A stretch of DNA of 64,000 nt from the human T2T-CHM13v2.0 reference genome, Homo sapiens, in the NCBI RefSeq assembly GCF_009914755.1, contig NC_060930.1. One strand, given 5' to 3'. Numbering within the stretch: the stretch's first letter is position 1; every line of letters begins with the position of its first letter. Made by a program: the position numbers and the translations under genes. Positions 28,545-41,972 of this stretch are shown here, in pieces. Under the pieces are notes generated by a model, which saw only the letters and a list, made by a program, of their open reading frames with translations, was not told where the DNA came from and searched no databases.

Positions 28545-29084
28545 TAAAATTCTATATATGTATTTGTATACATATATACACACAAATATATGTATACACA
28601 CACACATATATACATATATATATCTACATATAAGTGCACTTATTTGAGGGATAAGAGCGTACCTGAGGACAAATATATATATATAAGTGGTACACAATAC
28701 AAAGTGTACTTATATACAGTTGTCCTCAGGTACATATAATGGTACTTATCTGAAGGATAGTATATATAAGTGTACTTATCTTAGCGATAACAGCTTACCT
28801 GAGTGTAATAACTATTCAATCCTATATCTGAGAGAAAAAAAATCATTCATAGTGTGAGTTTAAGGTGAGGGATGGAAGAGATGAGAAGGAGAAATGTGGT
28901 TTTACTTGTTTTACTACTTGTTCTAACAATCCTTGTATTACCCTCGATTCTTAATTTAAAACATCTATTTGTCCCATTAAATCAAATTATTAAAAAAAAA
29001 CATAATCCAGAAGAGGATTAACTTTTGGTAATATAACACCATTAAGTATGATATAAAACTGATTTTGTCTTGTTATAAAATAAA

Positions 29085-29590
29085 TATAAGTTCATGTTAG
29101 CTCTGACTACCATAACAAAATACCACAGTCTAGATGGCTTAAACAATGCAAATTTATTTTCTCACAGTTCTGGAGGCTGAAAGTCTGAAATCAAGGTACC
29201 AGCATAGTGAGGGTTTGGTGAGTGCTCTCTTCCTGGCTTGAAGGCATCCACCTTCCTGCTGTGCGCTCACAAGGCCTTTCCTTGGTATGTGCATGGGTAG
29301 AAAAAAAGAGAGCTCTTCTTCTTCCTTTTCTTAGAAGGCCACTGGTCTTTTCAAATTTAGGGCTCCTATGTTACGACTTCATGTAACCATAAATATGTCT
29401 TAAAAACCCTATCTCCAAATGCAGCCACACTGGGAGTTGGGGCTTGTACTTATGAATTTGAGGGAGACACAATTTACAGTTTAGTCTGTAGCATTCTCCT
29501 TTTGGTCCCCTAAAATTCATATCCTTCTCACATGCAAAATACATCCATTCTATTCCAACAGTTCCAGGAGTCTTAACTCATTCCTGCACT
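29085..29590 (-). mobile_element. MLT1 MaLR LTR plus short adjacent internal fragment
   Basis: 'ccataacaaaataccacagtctagatggcttaaacaatgcaaatttattttctcacagttctggaggctg' LTR; MaLR-internal-like 'ccttctcacatgcaaaatacatccattc' after ~29493. Confidence 0.8.
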
Positions 29591-29878
29591 AATTCTCATT
29601 ATGTTCATTTTTGTCTAGTCAGGAATTTTAATTGGACAGCTTTCCATTTACACTTACTGTAATTATTAATTTGCTTTATCTTTTTTTATCACTTGTTCTG
29701 CTGTCTCTCAATTATTGTCACCATTTGAGTTAATAATATAATTTATAGTATTTCATTTTAATACCTTTTCAGAGTTCTTACCATACTGCTTTGTGTTATG
29801 TGTTTAATAACTATTCTTAGGATTTACATATACAATCTTGTACTATTATTTACTAGAATATTTTATCTTTTCATATAA

Positions 29879-30227
<349 letters not shown>

Positions 30228-30299
30228 ATGCTACTGTTTTCATATATTTTACGTCAACACTTTTTAAAGCACAAATACAATGTTATGAAGTTGATCAAG

Positions 30300-31260
30300 A
30301 GTTAGCTCTTTTTGAAAAATTGAAGAAAAAGGTTAATTATTTATGCTTACGTACATATTTGTCATTTCTTATTTTCTTCATTCTTGTCTAGATCAGAGTT
30401 TCTATGTAGCGTTATTTTCCTTCAACCTAAAAAACTTACTTTTGTTTGTAGTACAATTCTGTCAGCAACAATTGCTCCCACTTGTTATTTGAGAATGATT
30501 TTATTTCACCTGTATTCTTGACTTAAATATTTACTGGATATAGAAATCATAATTGAAATGATTTTCCCCCAGCACTGTAGTGATTTCATTACCTTGTCTG
30601 TCTGACTCTATTATTTCTTATGAAATATCCACTATTATTTGTATCATGGTTTCTTTGTAGGTAATATATCTTCTCCCTTTAGCTGCTTTCAAAGATTTCT
30701 CTTTATCTTTGATTTTCAATAAAACCTCTGTGTAGTCTTCCTTGTGTTTATCTTTGCATGGATTGCTGAGGTTTCTGGCTTTGTAAATTGATATTTTAAT
30801 TTAATTTGTGAAATTTTTGGCTACTATATTTTCAAAAATGTTAATATTGCAGTTTATTTCTTCTCTTCTTTGAGAACTTTAATTAAATCTATTTTAGAAC
30901 TCCTTATATTTCCTATAGCTTACTGGTGTCCTGTTCAATGTTTTAACTCTTTATAAACAAACAAACAAACAAACAAAGGCTTCTGTTTTTTCAAATTAGC
31001 CATTAAATTCAACCATGACTTTTTTCTCCTTAATTTCAGATATGGCACATGTCAGTACTAGAATTTCCACAATTTATACTTATTTTTCCACTGAGAATTT
31101 TCATCAGTTTATTTGTCTTTTCCTTTAAGTCCTTAATATTATTCATAATGGCTAATTTACTTTTCATTTTTCGCCAAATCCCATATCTGGCTTTCCTGGA
31201 ATACATCTGTTGACTTTTTCTCTTGTCAATGGGTCACTTTTTCTTGTTTCTTGTCACAGT
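30300..31260 (-). mobile_element. Old L1M fragment
   Basis: T-rich diverged L1 antisense ('ctgctttcaaagatttctctttatctttgattttc'). Confidence 0.55.
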
Positions 31261-32100
31261 ATATATTTTTAAAACAGCCTCAAAATTACAGAGAAGTTTC
31301 AAATTCAGCGCTAATAAATTATTCACCTGAATCTTTTGAGAGCAAGTTGCTGACATGTTTCCTCATGTCAGCATGAAGAAACCGCTAAAGAATTTAGTGG
31401 ATATTCTCTATCAACAATGACATTATCCTGTATAATCATAATACAAACATAAAACTCAGGAAATTAACCTGACTGTTACAATATAGCAATACTAGCACCC
31501 AAGATGGAGACCCCATTTAAGTTATGTCAACTGTTTCAACATACCTCTAGCAAAAAGATTTTGTTTGGACTAGTGCATTGCATTTAGTTGTCATACTTCT
31601 CTAGATTCTACAATTTAGAACAGTCCTCTAAAAGGTTTATAATCTGGACACTTTTGAATCCAGTTTCTTTGTAGAATATCCTCCAGTTGAATTTATCTGA
31701 TATTTTCTCAGATTAAATTCAAGTTGTGCATCATTGAAGGAATAGCAATGCAGTGATACTGTGCTCTCTTTGCATCCTTCTGGGTGTCACACGATTTTAA
31801 TTTATGTGGATTAATGGTTTTCTTATTTCATTCAATGAAATATAATCTGTTACTGTCATTATTTATTTGAATGCTCAAACTGTAAGATTTGAAGGCCACT
31901 TCAAGCTGACTTCTGTTCCTTGTGACATAGTTCTATCAATCTTTGAGCAATTCTTTATTTTCTAACTCATCTTACACATTCCATGTCCCAGCCCTGGAAT
32001 TATCCATTTACCCAATGATTTATATATTTTTAAACTGAAGATTTGTGTTTAGTAAAAAATATCTGCTATAGTGTCCCTGTGTCAGGCTCTCAGACATAAA
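31261..32100 (-). mobile_element. L1MC4/5-like 3' fragment (resumes ~34300-34450)
   Basis: 'cattgcatttagttgtca', 'aaactcaggaaattaac' typical of L1MC 3'UTR. Confidence 0.6.
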
Positions 32101-32168
32101 TATCTGTTATATATATATGTGTGTATATACATGTGTGTGTGTAATACATACGTGTGTGTGTGTGTGTA

Positions 32169-32379
32169 CAGTTAACCTGTGAACAACATAGGATTGAACT
32201 GTAAGGGTCCACTTATATGGAGATATTTTTCAATAAAAGCTCAGTGTACCTGCCTTTCCTGCCTCCCCTTCCACCTTTCTCTTCCTTTTCTGCCAACATT
32301 GAGACAGCAAGACCAAGCTCTTCTCTTTTTTCTCCTTCTTCAGTCCACTCAAAATGAAGGCAAAGAGAATGACAAGCTT
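32169..32379 (+). mobile_element. Tigger2a DNA transposon, left part
   Basis: TA|CAGTTAACCTGTGAACAAC TIR, 'ggtccacttatatggagatatttttcaataaaag', 'gagacagcaagaccaa'. Confidence 0.85.
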
Positions 32380-32637
32380 TTTTTTTTTTTTTTGCTTACC
32401 ATATGCTTATGCAATTTATTATTATTCTCTCTTTTGACAGTGGCTATATAATATCTAACATTCTGCTAAGGTACAATTATTTCTCAGATACTTTTGTTTG
32501 AATTCAGACATCGTACTTGAAAGCAGGAAAACCGCCTTTCAAAAGTAAAACAAACGATCCATATACTTAGTTATCAAGGAAGGGCAACAACCTATTTAAC
32601 AATTATTGTTAAACAGTAATCTGCTAGTCATGTCTAA
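32380..32637 (-). other. L1 3'-transduced unique segment (32394-32637) plus its poly(A) tail
   Basis: Non-L1 sequence between the L1 3' tail and a second poly(T) (32378-32393), inside the TSD; minus-strand AATAAA at 32415-32420. Confidence 0.85.
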
Positions 32638-33918
32638 TTTATTTATTTTTATTATTTTTATTATACTTTAAGTTCTAGGGTACATGTGCACAACGTGCAG
32701 GTTTGTTACATACGTATACATGTGCCATGTTGGTGTGCTGCACCCATTAACTTGTCATTTACATTAGGTATTTCTCCTAATGTTATCCCTCCTCCCTCCC
32801 CCCACCCCAGGACAGGTCCCGGTTTGTGATGTTCCCCACCCTGTGTCCAAGTGTTCTCATTGTTCAATTCCCACCTATGAGTGAGAGCATGCAGTGTTTG
32901 GTTTTTCTTTCCTTGCGATAGTTTGCTCAGAATGACGGTTTCCAGCTTCATCTATGTCCCCTACAAAGGACATGAACTCATCCTTTTTTATCGCTGCATA
33001 GTATTCCATAGTGTGTATGTGCCACATTTTCTTAATCCAGTCTATCATTGATGGACATTTGGGTTGGTTCCAAGTCTTTGCTATTGTGAATAGTGCCACA
33101 ATAAACATATGTGTGCATGTGTCTTTATAGCAGCATGATTTATAATCCTTTGGGTATATACCCAGTAATGGGATGGCTGGGCCAAATGGTATTTCTAGTT
33201 CTAGATCCCTGAGGAATCGCCACACTGTCTTCCACAATGGTTGAACTAGTTTACAGTCCCACCAACAGTGTAAAAGTGTTCCTATTTCTCCACATCCTCT
33301 CCAGCACCAGTTGTTTCCTGACTTTTTAATGATTGCCATTCTAACTGGTGTGAGAGGGTATCTCATTGTGGTTTTGATTTGCATTTCTCTGATGGCCAGT
33401 AATGATGAGCATTTTTTCATGTGTGTGTTGGCTGCATAAATGTCTTCTTTTGAGAAGTGTTTGTTCATATCCTTTGCCCACTTTTTCATGGGGTAGTTTG
33501 ATTTTTTCTTGTAAATTTGTTTAAGTTCTTTGTAGATTCTGGATATTAGCCCTTTGTCAGATGGGTAAAATTGCAAAAATTTTCTTCCATTCTGTAGGTT
33601 ACCTGTTCACTCTGATGGTAGTTTCTTTTGCTATGCAGAAGTTCTTTAGTTTAAGTAGATCCCATTTGTCTATTTTGGCTTTTGTTACCATTGCTTTTGT
33701 TTTTTTAGTCATGAAGTCCTTGCCCATGCCTATGTCCTGAATGGTATTGCCTAGGTTTTCTTCTAGGGTTTTTATGGTTTTACATCTAACATTTAAGTCT
33801 TTAATCCATCTTGAATTAATTTTTGTATAAGGCGTAAGGAAGGGATCCAGTTTCAGCTTTCTACATATGGCTAGCCAGTTTTCCCAGCACCATTTATTAA
33901 ATAGGGAATCCTTTCCCC
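32638..33918 (-). mobile_element. 5'-truncated L1PA4/5 LINE (ORF2 C-terminus remnant + 3'UTR)
   Basis: ORF 32875-33576 encodes L1 ORF2 C-terminus ([18 protein letters not shown]); canonical 3'UTR end 'ttatactttaagttctagggtacatgtgcac'; TSD ATGACAAGCTT 32369-32379 / 33919-33929. Confidence 0.95.
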
Positions 33919-34212
33919 ATGACAAGCTTAATGTTGATCCATTTCTACTTAATGAATAGTAAAAATACATCCACTTCCTTATGACTTTTAATAACATTTT
34001 CTTTTTCTTAGCTTCCTTTATTGTAAGATGCAATATATAATACACATAACATACAAAATATGTGTTAAATGACTATTTCTGTTATTGGTAAGCTTTCCAG
34101 TCAACAATAAGCTATTAGTAGTTAGATTTTTGGAGGGTCAAAAGTTATACGCAAATTTTTGATGGAACAGGGGTTTGTGCCCCAACTCCTGCATTGTTCA
34201 AGGATCGACATG
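33919..34212 (+). mobile_element. Tigger2a DNA transposon, right part
   Basis: 'ttaatgaatagtaaa...acatacaaaatatgtgttaa...tcaaaagttatacgc...ttgttcaagg' continues the left part exactly at the TSD. Confidence 0.85.
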
Positions 34213-34613
34213 AAATATATGTAATGTATGTACAAACATGTACTTGTGCTTCTATATTTATAAATGTATGTATACATATGTACAACATGTATGTACAAAT
34301 TATAAATTAATACCAATACCTCTAATCCTAATTCAACTTCTCAATATTTATTCCAGTTTTCTCTCTTTTTCTATTTGTAATATAATTATTTGGCAGTGAT
34401 ATACCTGGCTGTTATTATTTTACTATATTTAATTTGTTTGTTCAACCTCTAAGAAAGTAACCAAGTTCTTGTTACTGCCACAGTCCCACCTCACTTTTAT
34501 CAATATGAATGTTCTCCATGACCTACTTAGGATCTAACACTGTACCACCATATCTATCCATTGGGTGGCCTCTTTTCCTTGATACAGTCCTAGTTTCTTG
34601 TATCTACATCCAA

Positions 34614-35037
34614 TGTAGTGAAATGGGTTGTGTCCCCCTCTAAAATCAGTAAGTTGAGGCCCTGGCCCCCATTGTGACTATGTATGTTGTTAAGATCTTT
34701 CAGGAGGAATGTAGGGTTACATGAGGTTATAAGGGTAGGGTCTTAATCCATTAGGACTGATGTCCTTGTAAGAACAGAGAGGGGCATAAGAGTCATTTGT
34801 GCACAAAGAGTAAGCGATGTGAAAATGCAGAGAGAACGTGGCCACCTGCAAGCTGAGGAGAGAGGTCTCAGGGAGAAACCAGCTGAAACCTTATTTTGTT
34901 TTGTTTCTGACCCCTGAGGTGGACTGGTTTCAACCTTGGTGTTGGACTTTGAGCTTCCCGAACTGTGAGAAACAAAAGTTGTGTTGCTTAACCTGTTCTA
35001 TGGTATTTTGTTATGACAGGTTTAGAAGACTAATACA
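34614..35037 (+). mobile_element. MLT1 (A/B-like) MaLR solo LTR
   Basis: TG...CA ends; 'ttaatccattaggactgatgtccttgtaagaa', 'ctatggtattttgttatgacagg...gactaataca'. Confidence 0.8.
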
Positions 35038-37199
35038 GTTCCCTCCTCACCCTGCTTAGATTCCAAAACCCATGCTCACTGACCACATCGTGATGAAGTC
35101 CTTCTCAATCTCTCAATTCTGATTTCAACACTTGCCAACAGGCTAGTCCACCCTATATTCTCCCTCCATACACTGCCAGGCTGCACCCTCATCTGGAAGC
35201 CTTATTTATGCCATTTGCATCCCAACCCTCCATAGCAAATATCTTCTTCTGGAGAAGTCTTCTTCATCAGAGCAGGTTACCTGTCCACAGTTTATAATTC
35301 TCATACTCTCATTGTTTACCTCCATGGGTGGATGTTGTTCTTATCCCATTTGGATTAGTATAAAGTACACCAGGTTGCCTTTTTGTAGGAACCTCAGATC
35401 ATCTTTCCACGTGATCCTCCTCATCATATCTGGGCTTAAAAACTTGCATCAGCCTTTCCCTACCACATGGAAGCCTCGCTTATGCTAAACTCTGACACTT
35501 CACTCCAGGAAGCCTTCCTACATTGACTTATTCCTCATCCTTGCCAGCCTCCTATATTTGCTCTATATAACTGTGAATCTTCCTTCCCCACTTTCCCAAA
35601 TGTGGATGTTTTGTTTACTTGGCTTCACCTAATACGTTTTTGACTAATTTTTTATGAAGGGAAAAGAAGAGAAAGAAGCAGAAGGAAATATAAAAAGAGG
35701 AAAATATAAATTGGCAATATTTTACTTCATACTAGATACTGTCAACATTACGCTATGAAAACTCTGGGTTTGGTTTTCTTCCTCTGAAGAGCATTGGTTT
35801 TGTTGTACCAGACACTTAGTACTGGCTGACCACACTAAACTTGTAGGTTTGGGTTGATGCTTTTTATAGGGAAGTGTCTTTAAGTTTTGCTTTCACTCCT
35901 CATTTTAAATTTTCAGTCTCCACATATAGTTTTACTCCTAAAGCAAGACAATTATGGGGTTTTACTTGGAAGGTACAAGATGTTTGTAAAATTCTTCTAT
36001 ATGTGTGGGACTCAAGTTCCAAACTCTGTATTCTTTGTGGTAGACACAAGCTGAAAATATCTGCTCAACTTTTCAAATTTCCAGCTATCAACTGGACATT
36101 TGGAGCATTCCCCATGTGTAGTCAACCCTTTGTGACTCAAGAATTTAATGGCAATTTATACACAGACTTTTGTTGTCTCCTTTTTGGCCTGTTTCTTTGT
36201 ATAATTTTCCTATTCAATTTTCATCTCCTTTGATGGTCTCATACTACAAACTTTAAACATTTCTACCCATTGTAACAAGCTATCTCCATAAATTTTTAAA
36301 TTCCAGCCAACATGCGCAGTGTCGTATGGTGAGATCTCTCAGAAGAAAATTTATGTGGCTATCACTAAATTCCATTCCATTCCTTCAAGGGTCATGTTTC
36401 TCTAGTTTCCATCTGCATCTTATTGCTATCCAGTACCTTCAAGTAGGTATGCTTGTGTGTGTATGTTTGAAGTTGTGTTCTTAGTTTGTATTTTTTTAAT
36501 AGAAGGGTACTTAATTTAATGCAAATTACTTCATTATTATCAGAATTGAGAATATCTCTCATATTCAATTATAATATTGCTTAGGCATATTTTGATTAGT
36601 TGCTTTTAGTTTTTCTCTCATAAATTGTTACAAAATAATTTTGAAGAAACAATTCAAAAATTAATATTGCAAACAGAAGCACAAATGCAATATCTACATA
36701 TTTTGATTAAAAAATTGAATCAAAAATTATCATATATATATTATAGAAAATTCCTTGTTGGGGTAATAATTGTGACTTGCATATATTTTGTCAGGTTATT
36801 TGATTGAAATAATTAGAAACATGTTATATTAATCATAAGCTTATGGATAAAATATGATGTTGCAAAAAATAGTTTGAAAAAGGACTAATATTTGATTGTT
36901 CAAATTTTATATACCAGGCAAAAAGTTTCACACCTATGTATTTGGTAAAAGTTCAATTCATTTATATGAAAATTCAGTTCAAAGATTCAATTCAATGCAA
37001 AGATAATTAATAAACGAAACAAAGCATTAAACACAATTGAGGGTTAGTAATGTTGATGAATATTTCTATTTCAAACAGCTGGCAAAACAACATTTAAAAC
37101 TCAATATTATCAAATATAACTACCTATCTTTTTATCTCCACAAACATATACATATACCTATACACATATACAGATATGTATGTATATCTACATACACAC

Positions 37200-38340
37200 A
37201 CATATTTCTGTAATTTGTTTCTTCCCTTGACAATTTATTATACATCTATCTTAATACAGATTTTTGTACATTTTTAGTGTCTATTATTTATTAGTAGAAT
37301 TACTCTCTTATTTTTTATTATATATATCTTTTTAACTGAACATTTTAATTATAATTTTTATTATCGTTCAAGTAAACATTCTAATATATACTTAAGCACT
37401 TGAACTAGTTTTTATATTATATATTATTAGAAGAATGGTTAGATCAATAATTTTTGTAATTTGCATTTTTATTAATACTGCCAAATAGATCTCAAGTCAT
37501 TCTAAAATTTATTTCCTTTTACATTTCAAAGACTAAATAATTAAAAGTGTATAATTCCTTGGATTTAGTTTAATTTTACAAAATGGTTGGATAAAAAATA
37601 TTATCACGTTATTGTTTTAAAATATGTTTTCCTGATATGCATTTTAACCTCCCTGTGACATTTATATTCTATTTATTTTTTCTTCATATTACCTGTTCAT
37701 ATACTTTACAGATTTCTCTACTAGACTTTTTTATAGATATATGATTCTTTTTGTATTATAGGTGATTTAAGCTGTCTGTTACATTTGTCTTAAAAACTTT
37801 TTCAGTCCATTGCTTATTTTGAAATACATCCATGGGTAATTCATGTCATGCAGACAGTTTCCAAACTACTGAATCAAACCTGTTATATTACCTTTTTGGT
37901 TTCTCAATTTTTAATGCCATAGAAAGGCCTTTCCCATTTTAAAATTATGCATATAAAAGATCATTGTGTCTCCCTAAATGTAATATAAATATTACTAAGC
38001 TGATCATTATCTTTTACTTTCAAGAATTTAATCAACCTAAAATTTCTTTTGTATATGTGTGCAGTAAGAAAGTTAATTTATCTCCCCCAGATGATTTACC
38101 ATTTGACTCAATAAAATTAATGTGTTATGTGCCCTTTTACAACCATGTTTTTCCATTAAATTGCTAGTCTCTTTAAAAACCCAGTATCTCACAATTATAA
38201 TTACTAATTTTTTATATTCTTACCTAGAATAAATGAAACTTCTTGGCTCTATTCTGATAAGGACATATCTTTGTCATGACACAGTTTTAATGTAAACATT
38301 TGGTCAACTTTTAAATTTATTTCTATGTTCTTAACACCTA
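37200..38340 (-). mobile_element. Old L1ME-like fragment
   Basis: Highly diverged T-rich L1 ORF2/3' antisense. Confidence 0.45.
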
Positions 38341-38381
38341 TTTGAGAATATATTATTTTAAATGATTTGTTTACAGTTTTG

Positions 38382-40791
38382 TGGGCATATCTAATTTTAT
38401 TGCATTTTCTTTATTGTGCTTCACAAATATTATACTTTTTAGAGTTAATGGTTTGTGAGAAACCTGCGCTGAGCAAGCCTATTGTCATTTTTATAACAAC
38501 ATGTGCTTATTTCATGTCTCTGTCATGTTTTGGTAATTTTCATACTATTTCAAAACTTTCTATTGTTATTATATCTGTTATGATGATCTGTGATCAGTGA
38601 TCTTTGATGATACTATTGTAATTGTTTTGGGGCACCAGGTGAACCACACCTGTGTGAGATGGCAAACTTAGTAGATGTTGTGTGTGTTCTGACTACTCTA
38701 CCAACCAGTGGTTTCCCCATTTCTCTCCCTCTTCTTGGGCCTCCTTATTCCCTGAGGCACAACAACACTTAAATTAGGCCAATTAATAATCCTACAGCGG
38801 TTTCTAGGTGTTCAAGTGAAAAGAGGAGTTGTACATCTCTCAGTGCAAATCAAAAGCTGGAAATAATTAAGCTTAGTGAGGAAGGCAGGTCTAATGTTGA
38901 GATAGGCTGAAAGCTCAACCTCATGTACCGAACAGCCAAATTGTGAATGAAAAATAAAATTTTTGAAGAAAATTCAAAGTGCTACTTCAGTGAATACATG
39001 AATGATAAGAAAGCAAAACATCCTTATTGCTGATATGGAGAAAGTTTTAGTGGTCTGGATAGAAGATCAAACCAACCACAACGTTCCCTCAAGCCAAAGC
39101 CTAATTGTGAACAAAGACATAACTTTGTTCAATTCTGTGAAGGCTGGAAGAGGTGAGAAAGCTGCAGAGAAAAGTTGGAAGCCAGCAGAAGTTGGTTCAT
39201 GAGGTTTAAGAAGCCAATTCTATAGTATAAATGTGGAAGGTGAAGCAATGAATATTGATGCAGAAGTTGCAGCAAATTATTCAGAAGCTCTAGCTAAGAT
39301 ACTTGATGAAGGTAGTTGCACTAAACAATGGATTTTTAATGTAGACAAAACAGCTTTCAATTAGAAGTTGCCATCTAGGATTTTTATAGTTAGAAAGGAG
39401 AAATCAATGGTTGGCTTCAAAGCTTCAAAACACAGACTGACTTCTTGTTATGGGCTAATGTAGCTGATTAGTGGAAGTAGAAGCCAATTCTCATTTACCA
39501 TTCTGAAACTCCTAGGGCCCTTAAGAATTATGTTTAATTGACTCTGCACTCTATCAATGGAACAACAAATCCTGGATGACAGGACATCTGTTTACAGCAT
39601 GGTTTATTGACTATTTTAAGCCCACTGTTAAGACCTACTGCTCAGAAAAAAAAAAAAAATTTCTTTCAAATACGACTGCTTATTGACAATGCACTTGGGC
39701 ACTCATGAGCACTGATGGAGATGTACAAGATTAATGTTGTATTTATGCCTGCTAGCACAACAACCATGTCGCAGCCCATAAATTAAGGAATAATTTCAAC
39801 TAAGTCTTATTATTTAAGAAATACGTTTTGTAAAGCACCATAGAGTGTCATTCCTCTGATGAATCTGAGTAAAGTACGTTTAAAATTTTTTGGAAAGGAT
39901 TCACTGTCCTAAAAGCCATAAAAAACATTTGTGATTCATGAGAAGGGGTCAAAATATCAACATTAACAGGAGTTTGAAAGAAGTTGATTCCAACCCTCAT
40001 AGGTGTCTTTGAACAGTTCAAAACTTCAGCAGAGGAAGTATCTGCAGATTTGATGAATATAGCAAGAGTAATGGAATTAGTGCACATGTACCCTGAAACT
40101 TAAAGTATAATGAAAAAAAAAAAAAAGAAGTAGAGTCTGAAGATGTGACTGAATTGCTGCAATCTCATGATGAAACTTTAATAAATGAGGAGTTGCTTCT
40201 TGTTGATGAACAAAGAAAGTAGTTTCTTGAAATGGAATCTACTCTTGTTGCAGATACTGTAAACATTGTTGCAATGACAACAAAAGATTTAGAATATTCC
40301 ATAAGCTTTCTTCATAAAGCAGGCATAGGTTTGAGAGGACTGACTCCCATTTTGAAAGTTCTACTGTGGGTAAAATACTATCAAACAGCATCCCTTGCTA
40401 CACAGAAATATTTCAGAAAGGAAAAGTAAATTGACGCATCAAACATCACTGTTGTCTTATTTTTAAGAAATTGCCAAAGACACGCCAAACTTCAGCAGCC
40501 ACCAACATAAGTTAACAGCCATTAACTTGGAAGGAAGGACCCCACCAGGAAATGTTACGACTCACTAAAGGCTAAAATAATCATTAGCATTTTTATCAAT
40601 AAAGTATTTTTTTAATTTAGATATTTACTTTTAAAAGACATAAACATATGGGACACTTAATTGCCTTTAGTGTAAACATAACTTTTATATGCATTGGAAA
40701 ACCAAAAAATTTATGTGACTTGGTTTATTGTGAAATTCACTTTATTACAGTAGTCTGGAACCAAATCTGCAATAACTCCAAGGTATGCCTG
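38382..40791 (+). mobile_element. Full-length Tigger1 DNA transposon (decayed transposase)
   Basis: Left TIR-like TGGGCATATCT, right TIR AGGTATGCCTG|TA; ORF 39002-39202 [35 protein letters not shown] is Tigger1 transposase (CENP-B-type HTH); ~2.4 kb. Confidence 0.93.
40081..40125 (+). mobile_element. Ultra-short L1PA 3' terminus inserted in Tigger1
   Basis: TGCACATGTACCCTGAAACTTAAAGTATAAT + A-run is the last ~30 nt of L1PA; interrupts Tigger1 'gaattagaagt'. Confidence 0.8.
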
Positions 40792-41479
40792 TATGTTTGC
40801 CTATACATTCATGAATGTATTTATACATTGTCTTATATGGAATGACAATCAAGGCAAATTCAAAGATTGTAAAAAACAGAAAACAAAATTATAAATGAAA
40901 TATATTCATAAAAATTATATTTGAGAAATAAATTATTTCATAATTGAGGCTGAAATTAATATACAATTTCTATCTACATGCTAAACTGAGACCACAGATT
41001 TGGCTTTAAGTTTCTGGGCAGCCAATAATAAAATGAGAATTTAACCAATAACCTAATTAACATAATTAAATTTTATTTATGCTGCCAGTTACCATTTACG
41101 CTGCTCAGACAGAAGCCTTTCTATATACAATAAATGAAATTCAGCCTAGAGGCTGAAAAGCTAACAAATTGGCCTCTGTAAACTCAGTGAGAGTAAGGAC
41201 TGTATTTCACATATCTTTGATTCTAAAATTGTAGGCTCAAGTCCAGTGGGGCTACAATATATTATTGAAGATAACTATTTAATATATTAATAACTCAATT
41301 AATTTTGTTAATGTAACCATTATTATCAATAAAATAATAAACATTGTCAGTATTGAGCTTTCAGTTTTCCAGGTATCTTGAGAAAAAATATAAATGTATA
41401 TAAAAATATCATCTGTATTCAGATATTCTTTACTCAGGAAAATAATGAGACTACATATGGGCTAACTAATATCATTATT

Positions 41480-41921
41480 TTCTTAGGTAATAAAATAATA
41501 AAAAATAGTCCTATGACACAGATTATAGAATTAGAATATTGGCACATTAAAACTATTTTTATAAATAGACTTTATACTCTCAAGAAGGTAGATGAAAGGA
41601 CGGACATGCCAAGGTAAATGGAAGTTACAACAAGGCACAAGTCAAATTTCTAAGGATAAAAATGTAATATATGAAATTAAACATACTTTGAGTGAAATAA
41701 ATTGGAGATTACATGTTTCAGAAGAAAGATTAGAGAATGTGAATACATAACAAAGCACACAAGTAAATTTTAAAAAATATACCAAAGATAGAATTGGTTA
41801 TCTTTTAGTAAAGTACAGGAAGGAGAGAAATAAGGCTATAGACAAAATATTTGAAAACTACTAGCCAGAATTTTTCTAATTTTATGAACTATGTTGAACC
41901 CATGCCCAAGAATTTTAAGAA

Positions 41922-41972
<51 letters not shown>

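Noticed and set aside
31348-31373. 10-bp stem hairpin TGCTGACATG/CATGTCAGCA as miRNA or terminator
   Set aside because: Too short for a pre-miRNA and lies within a decayed L1MC fragment
32875-34045. 233-aa and 148-aa ORFs as host genes
   Set aside because: L1 ORF2 C-terminal remnants; the 148-aa ORF is an accidental Tigger2a-L1 fusion across the insertion junction
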